Below are positions 19,044 through 29,306 of a stretch of 64,000 nt of DNA, piece by piece (positions within the stretch are counted from its first letter, which is position 1; the number at the start of each line of letters is the position of its first letter). The stretch is from sequence record SRR31156797_707. The stretch is one strand, 5' to 3'. The translations under genes were made by a program, and so were the position numbers. The notes under the pieces are model-generated. The model searched no databases. It was not told the DNA's origin and worked only from the letters and a program-made list of their open reading frames with translations.

Positions 19044-20420
19044 TCATCTTCCCCCTACTGTTATCTGCGGAATCCTGAGCGTAGGCTGTGCATCTGAGAC
19101 AGGTACGCCCTGCCCCTCCTTGCCGCATGTGCCTATGCCAAACCCGAGGTCGTTTGCGACCATATCTATCTCCTGCATCACCTTCGGTCCGTTACCGATC
19201 AGTGTAGCATTCTTAACAGGGTCTTTTAAAGCACCATTCTCGATGGTGTAACCCTCTGTTACTTCAAAAACAAAGTCTCCGGTCACAGTATTGACCTGCC
19301 CGCCGCCCATTCTGGCGACATATAAGCCCTTGCTGACGGACTTAATTATAGCTTCAGGTTCATCACTGCCTGGCATGATAACTGTGTTGGTCATGCGGAC
19401 TATAGGTCTGTGCCTATAGCTCTCTCTACGCCCGTTTCCGGTTAGTTTTATATCTTCTTTACTGCTGTAAAGCCTATCAGTCATATACTTTTTAAGCACG
19501 CCATTTTCGATGAGCATGTTCGAACCGGCAGAAACGCCCTCGTCATCGAAAAGGATATTTCCACGCTTAGTTTCAAGTGTTCCGTCATCTGATACACTGA
19601 TTAAATCAGATGCTACCTTCTGCCCAAGCTTCTCAGCGTAAACGGACATACCGTTACAAGCGAGATCCGCCTCCAGACCGTGCCCTACAGCTTCGTGAAC
19701 CATAGTTCCGCCTGCTGATGAGCCGATAACAACTGTCATCATCCCGGAAGGTGCATATTTCGCATCAAGGTTTTTGAGTGCTAACTTAGCAGATTCTTCA
19801 GAAGCACCTATCAAATAAAGCTTCGAAGCTTCCTCAGCACCTAATACTCCGCCCAGTGGTATATACCCTTGCTGCATGTCCTTTCCATCTGATGCGACCG
19901 CTGACGTATAACCGGTAACATAGCATAAGGACTGCTCTGTATCACACCCCTCAGAGTTTATAACCCTAGTCTGGCGATGATTTTCAGAATATACACTGGT
20001 GGACTGAACAATTCTGGAGTCCATACGGGCAGCCTTGTCCATCTCGGAAACCAGCTTAACTTTCTTCTCAACTTTTGTATCAGCAATTGTATTATATAAC
20101 TTAACAGATTTCTTCTCAGAAACTTTTATATCTTTGTCATAACCAGCTTTAAGAGCATCTGTAAGCTCAGAAGCTGTATCTTTAATACTCTTTTCTGTAA
20201 ATGAGTTAGTGTATGCAAAATAGGTCTTCGAACCGTCTATAACACGGAGAGCAATACCAGCATCAACTGAATTTTCCACCCTGTCTAGTGTACTATTCTC
20301 ATAAACTGCCGCCTGTTTTTCAGAAGACTCTATAAAGACTTCGGAATACTGACCGTACCTTGCCAGTGAGCCTAAAACATCATACAGCAGGGCATCTGAC
20401 ACCTTACCATTCATCGACAT
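19044..20420 (-). CDS. tldD: TldD metalloprotease
   Basis: HEAVGHGLEAD, TGNGRRESY, RMTNT and CGKEGQGVPVSDAQP motifs. Confidence 0.92.
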   Translation of the reverse strand: MSMNGKVSDALLYDVLGSLARYGQYSEVFIESSEKQAAVYENSTLDRVENSVDAGIALRVIDGSKTYFAYTNSFTEKSIKDTASELTDALKAGYDKDIKVSEKKSVKLYNTIADTKVEKKVKLVSEMDKAARMDSRIVQSTSVYSENHRQTRVINSEGCDTEQSLCYVTGYTSAVASDGKDMQQGYIPLGGVLGAEEASKLYLIGASEESAKLALKNLDAKYAPSGMMTVVIGSSAGGTMVHEAVGHGLEADLACNGMSVYAEKLGQKVASDLISVSDDGTLETKRGNILFDDEGVSAGSNMLIENGVLKKYMTDRLYSSKEDIKLTGNGRRESYRHRPIVRMTNTVIMPGSDEPEAIIKSVSKGLYVARMGGGQVNTVTGDFVFEVTEGYTIENGALKDPVKNATLIGNGPKVMQEIDMVANDLGFGIGTCGKEGQGVPVSDAQPTLRIPQITVGGR

Positions 20421-20655
20421 TTTCGCTCACCTGTGTGGATATATTATCGATATGCATCCCGTCCTCTTTGAGTTCGTTAAGGACGATGAGAACAGTTTCA
20501 TAAGTATCATTCGTAGCATAAAGGACAACATCTCCAGCCTTCGCATCAACTGTGCGGACTATTGCTATCCCTTCGTATGAATCCATGACACTGTTCAGCC
20601 GGATGACATCTTTTTTAAGGATATTACATTTGATCTTAACCGTGTGAGGCATCAT
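20404..20655 (-). CDS. DUF4911-like small protein
   Basis: SYEGIAIVRTVD motif; start reassigned to the ATG after a GGAG SD. Confidence 0.65.
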   Translation of the reverse strand: MMPHTVKIKCNILKKDVIRLNSVMDSYEGIAIVRTVDAKAGDVVLYATNDTYETVLIVLNELKEDGMHIDNISTQVSENVDEW

Positions 20656-21055
20656 CAAACTCCATAAGCTGCGCTCTGCAAAATTTGAGTTCGTTGACGA
20701 CACTCTCCATCTGAAACCTCTTAGAGTGCTCCAGATAGACAACTGCAAGATTCATTCGTCTTATCTTTTCAATAAAGTTATCAATATTTTCAAGCAAATA
20801 CTTAAAGTCAAACAAAAAGAATCCGCTCTCGAATAAAAGACAGCTTTTACGGATAAAAATCCCTTCATCTTTGGCAAATCTAAGGTCTTCACCTGTCAAC
20901 TTGTCTATCTCAGCAGACAGAGCACCATAGCTGAAAAGGTCTATCTTAGAGCTCATGCCTCTGCATTTCATCCTGTCCATATCGTAATCAATAAAGACAG
21001 GGAAGATGTTCAGGGTTGTAAAGTTGATCTTTTTTACAATAGGCTCAAGACTCAA
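20636..21055 (-). CDS. Hypothetical protein
   Basis: 139-aa ORF overlapping both neighbours in the operon. Confidence 0.6.
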   Translation of the reverse strand: MSLEPIVKKINFTTLNIFPVFIDYDMDRMKCRGMSSKIDLFSYGALSAEIDKLTGEDLRFAKDEGIFIRKSCLLFESGFFLFDFKYLLENIDNFIEKIRRMNLAVVYLEHSKRFQMESVVNELKFCRAQLMEFDDASHG

Positions 21056-21488
21056 CCTTCCCCTCCGAGATTTTATAATTCTTTCTAATATTTTCGAGTA
21101 TACCGTTCACCAGAGATGCAGACTTTTCGTCGCAATACTTTCTGGCTAGGGTTACAAAGTCGTTTATAACAGCATAGTAAGGCGCTTCCTCACGGAAAAG
21201 CTCGTGTACTGCCACACGGAGTATATCCTTCTCAACTTCACCCATACGCTCGTATGTCCAGTCTTTGCGGATATATTTAGTTATTATCTCGTCGTTCGCA
21301 TCTACTGATTCAGCTGCACCGGCAAAAAGCCTGTTAGCAAACTCGATAACTTCCTGATTATCCTCTTTAACAGAATGCCAGAAGTTCAAGCATATCTCAG
21401 ATATGGTGTAGTCAGCCATAATATACTGATACATCATCATATAAGCAAATTTTCGCGCCCTTGTGCGCTCTTTAAAATGTTTCTTCAT
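21045..21488 (-). CDS. nusB: Transcription antitermination factor NusB
   Basis: Arg-rich RTRARK, ILRVAVHE and VNGILE motifs; follows ribH. Confidence 0.9.
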   Translation of the reverse strand: MKKHFKERTRARKFAYMMMYQYIMADYTISEICLNFWHSVKEDNQEVIEFANRLFAGAAESVDANDEIITKYIRKDWTYERMGEVEKDILRVAVHELFREEAPYYAVINDFVTLARKYCDEKSASLVNGILENIRKNYKISEGKVES

Positions 21489-21962
21489 TTATACCATCTT
21501 CATGACGTTAACCATCTCCAGTGCGGACATAGCAACCTCAGCACCCTTATTTCCATGCTTAGTTCCAGCTCTCTCAACAGCCTGCTCGATAGTGTCTGTT
21601 GTGAGCACACCAAATATTACAGGTACACCTGAATCGAGTGCCACTCTTGAAACACCTTTAGAGACCTCAGCAGAGACGTAATCGAAGTGAGGTGTAGAAC
21701 CTCTGATTACAGCGCCGAGAGTGATTACAGCGTCAAATTTGCCTGTCTCAACAATTTTTTTGCAGAGGAGAGGCATCTCAAATGCGCCAGGCACTTTGAA
21801 AACTTCTATATCAGATTCAGCTACTTCATGACGCACAAGTGCATCCACAGCACCGCCGATTAGGCTCTTTGTGATGAAGTCGTTGAAACGTCCTGCTACT
21901 ATTGCGAATTTAAACCCTTTACCAGTAAAAATACCCTGATGAGTTGTTACATTCATACCCAT
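21489..21962 (-). CDS. ribH: 6,7-dimethyl-8-ribityllumazine synthase
   Basis: [22 protein letters not shown] and QAVERAG motifs. Confidence 0.98.
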   Translation of the reverse strand: MGMNVTTHQGIFTGKGFKFAIVAGRFNDFITKSLIGGAVDALVRHEVAESDIEVFKVPGAFEMPLLCKKIVETGKFDAVITLGAVIRGSTPHFDYVSAEVSKGVSRVALDSGVPVIFGVLTTDTIEQAVERAGTKHGNKGAEVAMSALEMVNVMKMV

Positions 21963-21967
21963 CCTCC

Positions 21968-23188
21968 TTAATCTATCTTGAGATGGTGTCCCATCTGCTC
22001 TTTTTTTGTTTTAAGATAACGCTCGTTGTCAGGTGTAACAGCACATGTGATATCCACCCTCTCTTTAACCTCAAGACCGAAACCTGATAAGCTTCTCATC
22101 TTTTTAGGATTATTAGTCAAAAGCCTAAGGTCTTTGATACCCATATGTCGTATAACCTGCGCACCAAAACCGTAGTCTCTAAGGTCTTCCTCAAAGCCAA
22201 GCTCGATATTAGCCTGAATAGTGTCCATACCTTCATCCTGAAGATGATAAGCATTAATCTTGTTCAGTATACCAATTCCTCGCCCTTCCTGAAACATATA
22301 TAGTATCGCACCACGACCCTCTTCCTCGATCATATCCATTGCGCAGTGAAGCTGTGACTGGCAGTCGCATCTTGCAGAACCGAAAACATCACCTGTGAGG
22401 CACTGAGAATGCACTCTGAGAAGTACAGGCTCTTGAGTAGTGATATCACCCTTCCAGATAACAACAGCTTCCTGACCGTCAACCTTGCTCTTAAAACCGG
22501 TAATATTGAAATCACCAAAGCTGGTAGGCATTCTTGCCACTGTTGTCTCTTCGATAAGCTGCTCATTTTCCATACGGTACTCAATGAGAGAAGCGATCGT
22601 AAGAATCTTAAGCTCGTGTTCGTCTGCAAAAACCTCAAGCTCCGGCATACGTGACATAGAACCGTCATCATTCATTATCTCACAGATAACAGCGCCGTGG
22701 TTATTCAGACCGGCAAGTCTGGCAAGGTCAACAGAACCCTCTGTCTGACCTGTACGCACAAGGACACCGCCCTCTCTCGCTCTGAGCGGAAAGATATGCC
22801 CAGGTCTTGCGAGGTCTTTTGCTCCCTTTGTGGGGTCGTTAGCAACTCTTACGGTCTGAGCTCTGTCATGAGCTGAGATACCAGTTGTAACGCCCTCTTT
22901 CGCCTCAATAGAGACTGTAAAGGCTGTACCGAAACGTGCGGAGTTACTATCCTCACGCACCATGAGATCAAGCCCAAGCTCGTCACATCTGTCAGACGGC
23001 ATAGCGAGGCAAATAAGCCCTCTGCCGTATTTAGCCATGAAATTTATCTTTTCCGGTGAAACAAAATCAGCAGCGAAAACAAGATCGCCCTCATTTTCTC
23101 TGTCCTCGTCGTCGGTAAGTATGATCATTTTGCCGTTGCGGATATCTTCTAAAGCTTCCTCAACTGTGCAAATTCTACTGTTAGACAT
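21968..23188 (-). CDS. ribBA: Bifunctional DHBP synthase / GTP cyclohydrolase II
   Basis: [37 protein letters not shown] and TNNPKK motifs. Confidence 0.97.
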   Translation of the reverse strand: MSNSRICTVEEALEDIRNGKMIILTDDEDRENEGDLVFAADFVSPEKINFMAKYGRGLICLAMPSDRCDELGLDLMVREDSNSARFGTAFTVSIEAKEGVTTGISAHDRAQTVRVANDPTKGAKDLARPGHIFPLRAREGGVLVRTGQTEGSVDLARLAGLNNHGAVICEIMNDDGSMSRMPELEVFADEHELKILTIASLIEYRMENEQLIEETTVARMPTSFGDFNITGFKSKVDGQEAVVIWKGDITTQEPVLLRVHSQCLTGDVFGSARCDCQSQLHCAMDMIEEEGRGAILYMFQEGRGIGILNKINAYHLQDEGMDTIQANIELGFEEDLRDYGFGAQVIRHMGIKDLRLLTNNPKKMRSLSGFGLEVKERVDITCAVTPDNERYLKTKKEQMGHHLKID

Positions 23189-23835
23189 TAATAGTCCTCC
23201 TGTCCTAGCAACCCGCTAAGGTTGTCCATCAATGTATCTGTCTTTTCAGAACTTTTCAATAATTTCTCTAAATATCTGGCGATCATATCAACCTCCAGAT
23301 TTACCTTCGCGCCCTGCCTCTTACCTTTTAGCGAGGTCTCTTCGTATGTATGCGGTATTACCGCCACGTCAAAAGTGCCTCCGTTGTTATTGGCAGATGT
23401 CAGGCTTATGCCGTCTATGCAAACAGAACCTTTCGCAGCGATATACCTGTCAATCTCCTTCGGATAGCGGATTGTAAGTATATATGCTGACTGCTTCTGT
23501 TCGAATTTCTCTACGGTTCCAACTGCATCCACATGACCGCTCACAAGGTGTCCGCCAAGCCTTGTTGAAAGTGTTAAAGCCCTCTCAAGGTTGACGTTTG
23601 AGCCGGTGCTTATGTCTGCAAATGTGCTCTTTTTTATCGTTTCATACGAGATATCAGCGCAAAAAGTGTCAGATGTCATGGATGTCACCGTGAGGCACAC
23701 ACCGTTCACAGCTATGGAATCGCCAAGCTGAGTGTTTTCCAAAACTTTTTTACATTTGATAGTGAGAACAGCGAAATCGCCTTTACGGTTAATCGAGGCA
23801 ACAGCCCCCACTTCTTCTATGATACCTGTAAACAT
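23188..23835 (-). CDS. ribE: Riboflavin synthase alpha chain
   Basis: MFTGII, VNGVCLT, VNLERA and GGHLVSGHVD motifs. Confidence 0.97.
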   Translation of the reverse strand: MFTGIIEEVGAVASINRKGDFAVLTIKCKKVLENTQLGDSIAVNGVCLTVTSMTSDTFCADISYETIKKSTFADISTGSNVNLERALTLSTRLGGHLVSGHVDAVGTVEKFEQKQSAYILTIRYPKEIDRYIAAKGSVCIDGISLTSANNNGGTFDVAVIPHTYEETSLKGKRQGAKVNLEVDMIARYLEKLLKSSEKTDTLMDNLSGLLGQEDY

Positions 23836-24989
23836 TAATCCCTCTTACACCCGCAAGCACAACAACCTCTCACATACTCTGTAAGCCCGAGGATAGAGTT
23901 CTTATAATCCTTCAGCTTACCGCTTATCATCAGGTCGCCTTCAAACTGCTTGGTCTGTATCTCTGTTAATTTATAGCCTTCCGCCACAGTTGCAACACCT
24001 ACCCCGCCGATGGATGTGTTGTGTCCGCCGAGGATCTGCATAGCGATGAACGATGTCACTCTGTCAACAAGACCAGCATCAACAAACTTACCAGCGGTAT
24101 ATCCGCCGCCTTCGATCATAACATTAAGTAAATTACGCTCAATAAGCTCCTTTGATAGCTGTTCAAGGTCGAAATCATCACCGAGAATAATAACATCGCC
24201 CCCCTTCTCTTTCAAAGTTTCAGAGATGTCTGTCTCTTTTTTAGTAACATATATAAGCTTAGCCGAATGCTTAGTAACCAGCTTTCTTTCAAGTGGCATA
24301 CGTCCGTTCGGGTCTATTACAATTTTGTAAGGGTCACGGTCAGATTTAATGAGCCTGACATTAAGCTCAGGATCATCAGCAATAACAGTATTAACACCTA
24401 CAAGCACAGCGTCAGACACCGCACGCATATAGTGCGAATAAGTCCTTGATGCCTCACTGGTAATCCACTTGGAATCACCTGTTACAGAAGCTATTTTACC
24501 GTCGAGCGACTGAGCAGTTTTAAGTGTATAGTAAGGCTTATTCTCAGTTATATACTTTGCGAAATCCTCTATGATAGATGCGCAGAGGTCTTCCATATAA
24601 CCGACATAAACCTGTACACCGTTCTTTTTAAGATACTCAAGTCCTTTACCAGCTACTTTCGGATTAGGGTCTACAACACCGATAAAAACACGCTTGATAC
24701 CGCTTGCAACGATCTTTTCAACACAAGCCGGTGTCTTACCAGCAAATGAGCAAGGCTCAAGAGTGACATAAAGGTCAAGCCCCTTTGTGCTCACAGGGCA
24801 GGAATCTATAGCGTTCACCTCTGCGTGCGCCTCACCGTAAGCCATGTGCCAGCCACGTGAGAGAATCTCACTCTGATTAGCCACAATAGCCCCAACGACA
24901 GGGTTGGTCTTAGTATATCCTTTCCCCATGAGTGCAAGCTGTGCGCACTCCTGCATAACATCTAATGGATTAAGAAGTTTTTCTTCCAA
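23835..24989 (-). CDS. ribD: Riboflavin biosynthesis deaminase/reductase
   Basis: HAEVNA, TLEPC..TPAC, SLDGKIA and EGGG motifs; unusual Cys-rich C-terminus. Confidence 0.96.
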   Translation of the reverse strand: MEEKLLNPLDVMQECAQLALMGKGYTKTNPVVGAIVANQSEILSRGWHMAYGEAHAEVNAIDSCPVSTKGLDLYVTLEPCSFAGKTPACVEKIVASGIKRVFIGVVDPNPKVAGKGLEYLKKNGVQVYVGYMEDLCASIIEDFAKYITENKPYYTLKTAQSLDGKIASVTGDSKWITSEASRTYSHYMRAVSDAVLVGVNTVIADDPELNVRLIKSDRDPYKIVIDPNGRMPLERKLVTKHSAKLIYVTKKETDISETLKEKGGDVIILGDDFDLEQLSKELIERNLLNVMIEGGGYTAGKFVDAGLVDRVTSFIAMQILGGHNTSIGGVGVATVAEGYKLTEIQTKQFEGDLMISGKLKDYKNSILGLTEYVRGCCACGCKRD

Positions 24990-25566
24990 CTTTATTCTCC
25001 GTTCCGTTTAAGATTCTGACCACGTTGCTCCTGTGTAAAATAATCACAAGAGCCGCAACCACAATAGTAAAATATTTTAAATGCTCCCATTCAGACAAAA
25101 ACCATACCGAAATAGCTATGGTTACAGCCGCCATGATAGAGCTTAGTGAAATCATCTTGAAAATCAGTATAAATATGCCAAATACCGCCGCCGCAATAGC
25201 TGTAGAGAGTGGTGCAAGAGCTAAGAATATACCGAGCCCGGTAGCAACACCCTTCCCGCCTTTAAAGCCGAGATACATAGTGAATGTATGACCAAGAACA
25301 AGGCATATCGCACCGAGAAGAACCTGATCAGTCTGACCGAACATAGCTTTCAGAACCATAGTAGGGATAAACCCCTTCATCGCATCGATAAACAGAACCA
25401 GCCCAAAGCCTTTCCATTTACCAAGCACCCTGCCTGCGTTACTGGCGCCTACGTTACCGCTACCGACTGTGCGGATATCTATACCTTTCAGTTTCTTAAC
25501 AAGCACATACGCAGTAGGGAATGAGCCTATCTGGTAACATGCTAAAATAATAAATATCTCTGTCAT
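24970..25566 (-). CDS. plsY: Glycerol-3-phosphate acyltransferase PlsY
   Basis: GSGNVGASN, FKGGKGVAT and HRSNV.R motifs. Confidence 0.95.
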   Translation of the reverse strand: MTEIFIILACYQIGSFPTAYVLVKKLKGIDIRTVGSGNVGASNAGRVLGKWKGFGLVLFIDAMKGFIPTMVLKAMFGQTDQVLLGAICLVLGHTFTMYLGFKGGKGVATGLGIFLALAPLSTAIAAAVFGIFILIFKMISLSSIMAAVTIAISVWFLSEWEHLKYFTIVVAALVIILHRSNVVRILNGTENKVGRKTS

Positions 25567-26645
25567 TTACCCACCACCACTTTATGCAGCCACGAACGCT
25601 CAAGCCCGACAGCGTCAGACTCACAAACTTCATGACAGCAGAAGCACTCTATACATTTCTTTTTATCTACAAAAGGATAACCGTCCACAACTGATATAGC
25701 ATCCACCGGACAGCTCTTCTTACAGAGCATACATTTTATGCAAGGCTCGTTAAAGACTACAGGCTTAACATAAACCTGTTTAGCCAGAAAACCTTTAATA
25801 AACGATGGGAGATAAACTTTTTTCGATGTAGGCTTTTTCACCAGAGGGACATTAGCCTCCGGAATATCTATATCGCTTTTGTCGTAACCGCCAGCGATTG
25901 CCGCCTTAGTTGTAAGGCAGAAGTCATCCTTAAGCCCTATCATGCGTGAAACAGCTATATCAAGCCCCACAGCATCGGATGATGCCGCCGCAATGTTCAG
26001 CGTTATCGGTGAGCCTTTTGATGGACCGTCACCCTCCATGCCGATTATACCGTCTATGATATTCATGGTTTTGTCATTCAAGATGGAGAAGAATTTAAAA
26101 ATCTGACCAGCAAGGATGTCATCCTGCGGGAAATCTCTGTGATAGCCGACCTTAGATGTACCTGGGATAAGCCCGAACAGGTTTTTAACAGCTAGTGTCA
26201 GCCCTGTTAAGGAATGTGTTTTCAGCTTTGCAAGATTTAGGATAATATCCACTTCATCGGCTAAAGATGAGTAGACAATTCCATTGTGGTTTACAGGTTT
26301 ATAACTTTCCACACAGGCTATTTCGATGTTGTTATCTTCGACAACCCTGCTCATGCCTGTAACATTTAAAACTTTATCATAATTAGCAAAATTAGCACCC
26401 GGGCTATCGCCTAAAAGGAGCTTTGCTTCTGTGTATTTCTTGAGGATTTTAATTACGGTGTCAACAAACTCAGGATGAGTGGTCACCGCTTTTTCAGGTT
26501 CGGCCGCAGAGAGAAGATTAGGCTTAATCAGAATTGTTTCTGCATTACCCAGCCTCTCTGCTTCGCTTTCAAAATAGTTTTCAATCATCTGCCCTAGAGC
26601 TTCGTCGCCGTAGCCCTCACAATGCGCTGTATAAATGTTATTCAT
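25563..26645 (-). CDS. DUF362 domain protein with C-terminal 2x[4Fe-4S] ferredoxin domain
   Basis: LIKPNL, TTHPE, KLKTH..T.AVKNLFG and MEGDGP motifs; CIKCMLC...CP and CIECFCC...C; start reassigned to the ATG overlapping the end of pgsA. Confidence 0.88.
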   Translation of the reverse strand: MNNIYTAHCEGYGDEALGQMIENYFESEAERLGNAETILIKPNLLSAAEPEKAVTTHPEFVDTVIKILKKYTEAKLLLGDSPGANFANYDKVLNVTGMSRVVEDNNIEIACVESYKPVNHNGIVYSSLADEVDIILNLAKLKTHSLTGLTLAVKNLFGLIPGTSKVGYHRDFPQDDILAGQIFKFFSILNDKTMNIIDGIIGMEGDGPSKGSPITLNIAAASSDAVGLDIAVSRMIGLKDDFCLTTKAAIAGGYDKSDIDIPEANVPLVKKPTSKKVYLPSFIKGFLAKQVYVKPVVFNEPCIKCMLCKKSCPVDAISVVDGYPFVDKKKCIECFCCHEVCESDAVGLERSWLHKVVVGK

Positions 26646-27219
26646 TTTCCGTTGTTTCCGGCTGCTGTTCTCTGACAGCCTGGGCATAATTCTGAAAATA
26701 TGTCCATCCGGAATGTATTGAGAGTACCATAGAGGCGTAAACAACAAGCTTACCTAAAAACTCTATATCGAAACCTAAAAGCTCGTTTTGCCAGATTATC
26801 ATGCCAACGCCTATCATCTGAAAAACTGTTTTTATCTTTCCGCCGGCACCAGCGGCTATGACTGTACCGTTATTAGCTGCGACGTTCCTTAGAGCGCCAA
26901 CTAAAAGGTCACGGCTGATAAGAACTATAACCACTACCGCTTCAAGCCTGCCTAACTCTACGAGTAAAACAAGGGCGGCTGTGACAAGAACCTTGTCAGC
27001 TACAGGATCGAGTATCTTACCCAGATCGGTTACGATATTTCTGCTTCTGGCAATGTGCCCGTCTACTAAGTCTGTAAGGGCTGTAAGAGTGAAAATCACT
27101 GTTGCAGCTATGTTTGTCCAGTATGTGTTGAAGTATAAAAGCACCATAAAAACCGGAACGAGGGCTATCCTCGCAAGCGTGATTTTATTAGCTATATTCA
27201 TCTGGTCACGAAATGGCAT
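26638..27219 (-). CDS. pgsA: CDP-diacylglycerol--glycerol-3-phosphate 3-phosphatidyltransferase
   Basis: NKITLARI, TDLVDGHIAR...GKILDPVADK and GKIKT motifs. Confidence 0.96.
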   Translation of the reverse strand: MPFRDQMNIANKITLARIALVPVFMVLLYFNTYWTNIAATVIFTLTALTDLVDGHIARSRNIVTDLGKILDPVADKVLVTAALVLLVELGRLEAVVVIVLISRDLLVGALRNVAANNGTVIAAGAGGKIKTVFQMIGVGMIIWQNELLGFDIEFLGKLVVYASMVLSIHSGWTYFQNYAQAVREQQPETTENE

Positions 27220-27292
27220 ATCACATCTCCCTTTCAGTTCGATGGATTATACATATTTAGGGGTTAGATTTCCAGTAATAATACTGTCATTT

Positions 27293-29035
27293 TTAATGAA
27301 AATAGACGTCAGAACACTTATCTTCGATGAAATTCTCTACATGTTCTTCTGCGAGTCTAGCTATTTTAATATCGAGAAGCTCATCAACAAGTTTTTCACA
27401 GTCGCTCATATCAAGAGCACGGATGATCATTCTCGCCTTCAAAAGCCCAGCCGGACTCATACTCAGATTTCTATACCCTAAACCTAAAAGCATAGGGATA
27501 TATTTCGGTTCACCAGCTATCTCACCGCAGACAGTGCACTCTATTCCAGCATCATTAGCTGAATCGATAATCTTCTTTAATGTCTGGATAACAGCCGGAT
27601 GCGATGGTCTGTAAAGGTATGCGACAAACTCATTATTCCTATCGATACCAAGAGTATACTGGATAAGATCATTAGTCCCCACGCTAAAGAAATCAACTTC
27701 CTTCGCTATAAAATCGCTAATTATCGCAAGTGAAGGAAGCTCCATCATAACGCCAATTTTTATATTTTCATTAAACCCTATCTTCTCAGCTCTAAGCTCA
27801 GCCTTAGCCTCGTCAAGTGCATCACGGCTTTTATAAAATTCTTCCATACCTGAAATCATAGGGAAGAGAATTCTTATATCACCGTAAGCAGAGGCACGAA
27901 GGATCGCCCTGAGCTGTTTTTTGAAAAAATCCCTGTATTTCAATGAGTAACGAATCGCCCTGAGCCCCATAGCGGGGTTCTGCTCATCAGGGTGAGGCAT
28001 ATATTTAGAGAGCTTTTCAGCCCCAAGGTCGAATGTTCTGATTACTATCGGCATTCCGCCGTTTTCCAGTGCTGCATATTTAAGTATGTCAAACTGCTGA
28101 TCCTCACTAACATCACCGTGTTCCATATAAATATATTCTGTACGGTAAAGCCCCACACCATCGTGGTGGTAGGTGTTTGAAAGGAAAAGCTCGTCATTAA
28201 GCTCGATATTACTGTAAGTTTTTATCCGTTCACCTGATTGCATTACCGGCTCAACATCTGTGAGTTCAGTCAGGCTATCGATATATTCCGCATATCTGCT
28301 GTCTTTCTTACCGTAGCTCTCTAATGTCTCTTCGTCAGGATTGACCACCACCAGACCTTCGAAACCGTCTATAATGATAAGGTCGCCATCCTCTACGGCG
28401 GAAGCAACATCTCCAAGCCCAACAACAGCAGGGATGCCTAGCGAGCGAGCGAGAATAGAGGTGTGTGACGTTTTACTGCCCAGATCAGTAGCGAATCCTT
28501 TTATCTTATTCTTTGTCATCTGAGAGGTGTCAGACGGCGTAAGATCGTGTGCGATAATAATATCTGCATCATCTGCATCAAGGACAGTATCCATCTCCTC
28601 ATCACTCATAAAACGGAGCACTTTCTGAACAATATTATTTATGTCAGACTTGCGCTCCCTAAGATATTCGTTAGGTGATTTGTCAAACTGTCTCATTAGT
28701 TTAGCACCAGCATGACTAAGTGCATATTCAGCATTGACCAGTTCGTTCCTGATGATATTCTCCGCCTCACCTACCAGCATATTATCACGCAGAAGCATGA
28801 GATATATGTCGAATATGAAGGCGTGTTCTTCTGTCAGCGAATCTTCGCTCATGGATTTGGAGGTCTGTATAAACTCAGCGGTCTTCTCGATACCATTTTC
28901 AAGCTTATCGATTTCAGACGCAACCTCACCCTCAGATAAACTATATCTGCGGACATTGATCTTCTGTCTGTCTAGGACGTAGCAACGCCCTATCGATATG
29001 CCGTCACTGGACGGAATCCCTTTGAGTATTTTCAA
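27293..29035 (-). CDS. ptsI: PTS Enzyme I (no GAF domain)
   Basis: TSHTSILARS phospho-His, GLYRTE, NPAMGLRAIR, GTNDLIQY and VCGE motifs. Confidence 0.96.
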   Translation of the reverse strand: MKILKGIPSSDGISIGRCYVLDRQKINVRRYSLSEGEVASEIDKLENGIEKTAEFIQTSKSMSEDSLTEEHAFIFDIYLMLLRDNMLVGEAENIIRNELVNAEYALSHAGAKLMRQFDKSPNEYLRERKSDINNIVQKVLRFMSDEEMDTVLDADDADIIIAHDLTPSDTSQMTKNKIKGFATDLGSKTSHTSILARSLGIPAVVGLGDVASAVEDGDLIIIDGFEGLVVVNPDEETLESYGKKDSRYAEYIDSLTELTDVEPVMQSGERIKTYSNIELNDELFLSNTYHHDGVGLYRTEYIYMEHGDVSEDQQFDILKYAALENGGMPIVIRTFDLGAEKLSKYMPHPDEQNPAMGLRAIRYSLKYRDFFKKQLRAILRASAYGDIRILFPMISGMEEFYKSRDALDEAKAELRAEKIGFNENIKIGVMMELPSLAIISDFIAKEVDFFSVGTNDLIQYTLGIDRNNEFVAYLYRPSHPAVIQTLKKIIDSANDAGIECTVCGEIAGEPKYIPMLLGLGYRNLSMSPAGLLKARMIIRALDMSDCEKLVDELLDIKIARLAEEHVENFIEDKCSDVYFH

Positions 29036-29304
29036 CGTTCCTCACCAAACCTGTCGTTAATAAGTCCCTTTAAAGCGTTAAAAGCATCAGACTCGTCGTC
29101 ACCACAAACGTCGATTATAATGCTTGAGCCTTTGCTTGCAGCGAGCATCATGAGCCCCATAATGCTTTTGCCATTAACCTCCATTCCGTCCTTTGAGACC
29201 TTGATCTCCGACTTGAATTTTTCTGAGGTTTTGACAAAAGCTCCGGCAGCCCTTGCGTGCATCCCAAGCTCGTTTACAATTTCAATCTCTTCTTTAAATC
29301 CCAC
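29032..29304 (-). CDS. ptsH: Phosphocarrier protein HPr
   Basis: GMHARAA (His15) and NGKSIMGLMML (Ser46). Confidence 0.95.
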   Translation of the reverse strand: MGFKEEIEIVNELGMHARAAGAFVKTSEKFKSEIKVSKDGMEVNGKSIMGLMMLAASKGSSIIIDVCGDDESDAFNALKGLINDRFGEER

Positions 29305-29306
29305 CT

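Noticed and set aside
26858..27481. 207-aa plus-strand ORF
   Set aside because: Shadow of pgsA and ptsI
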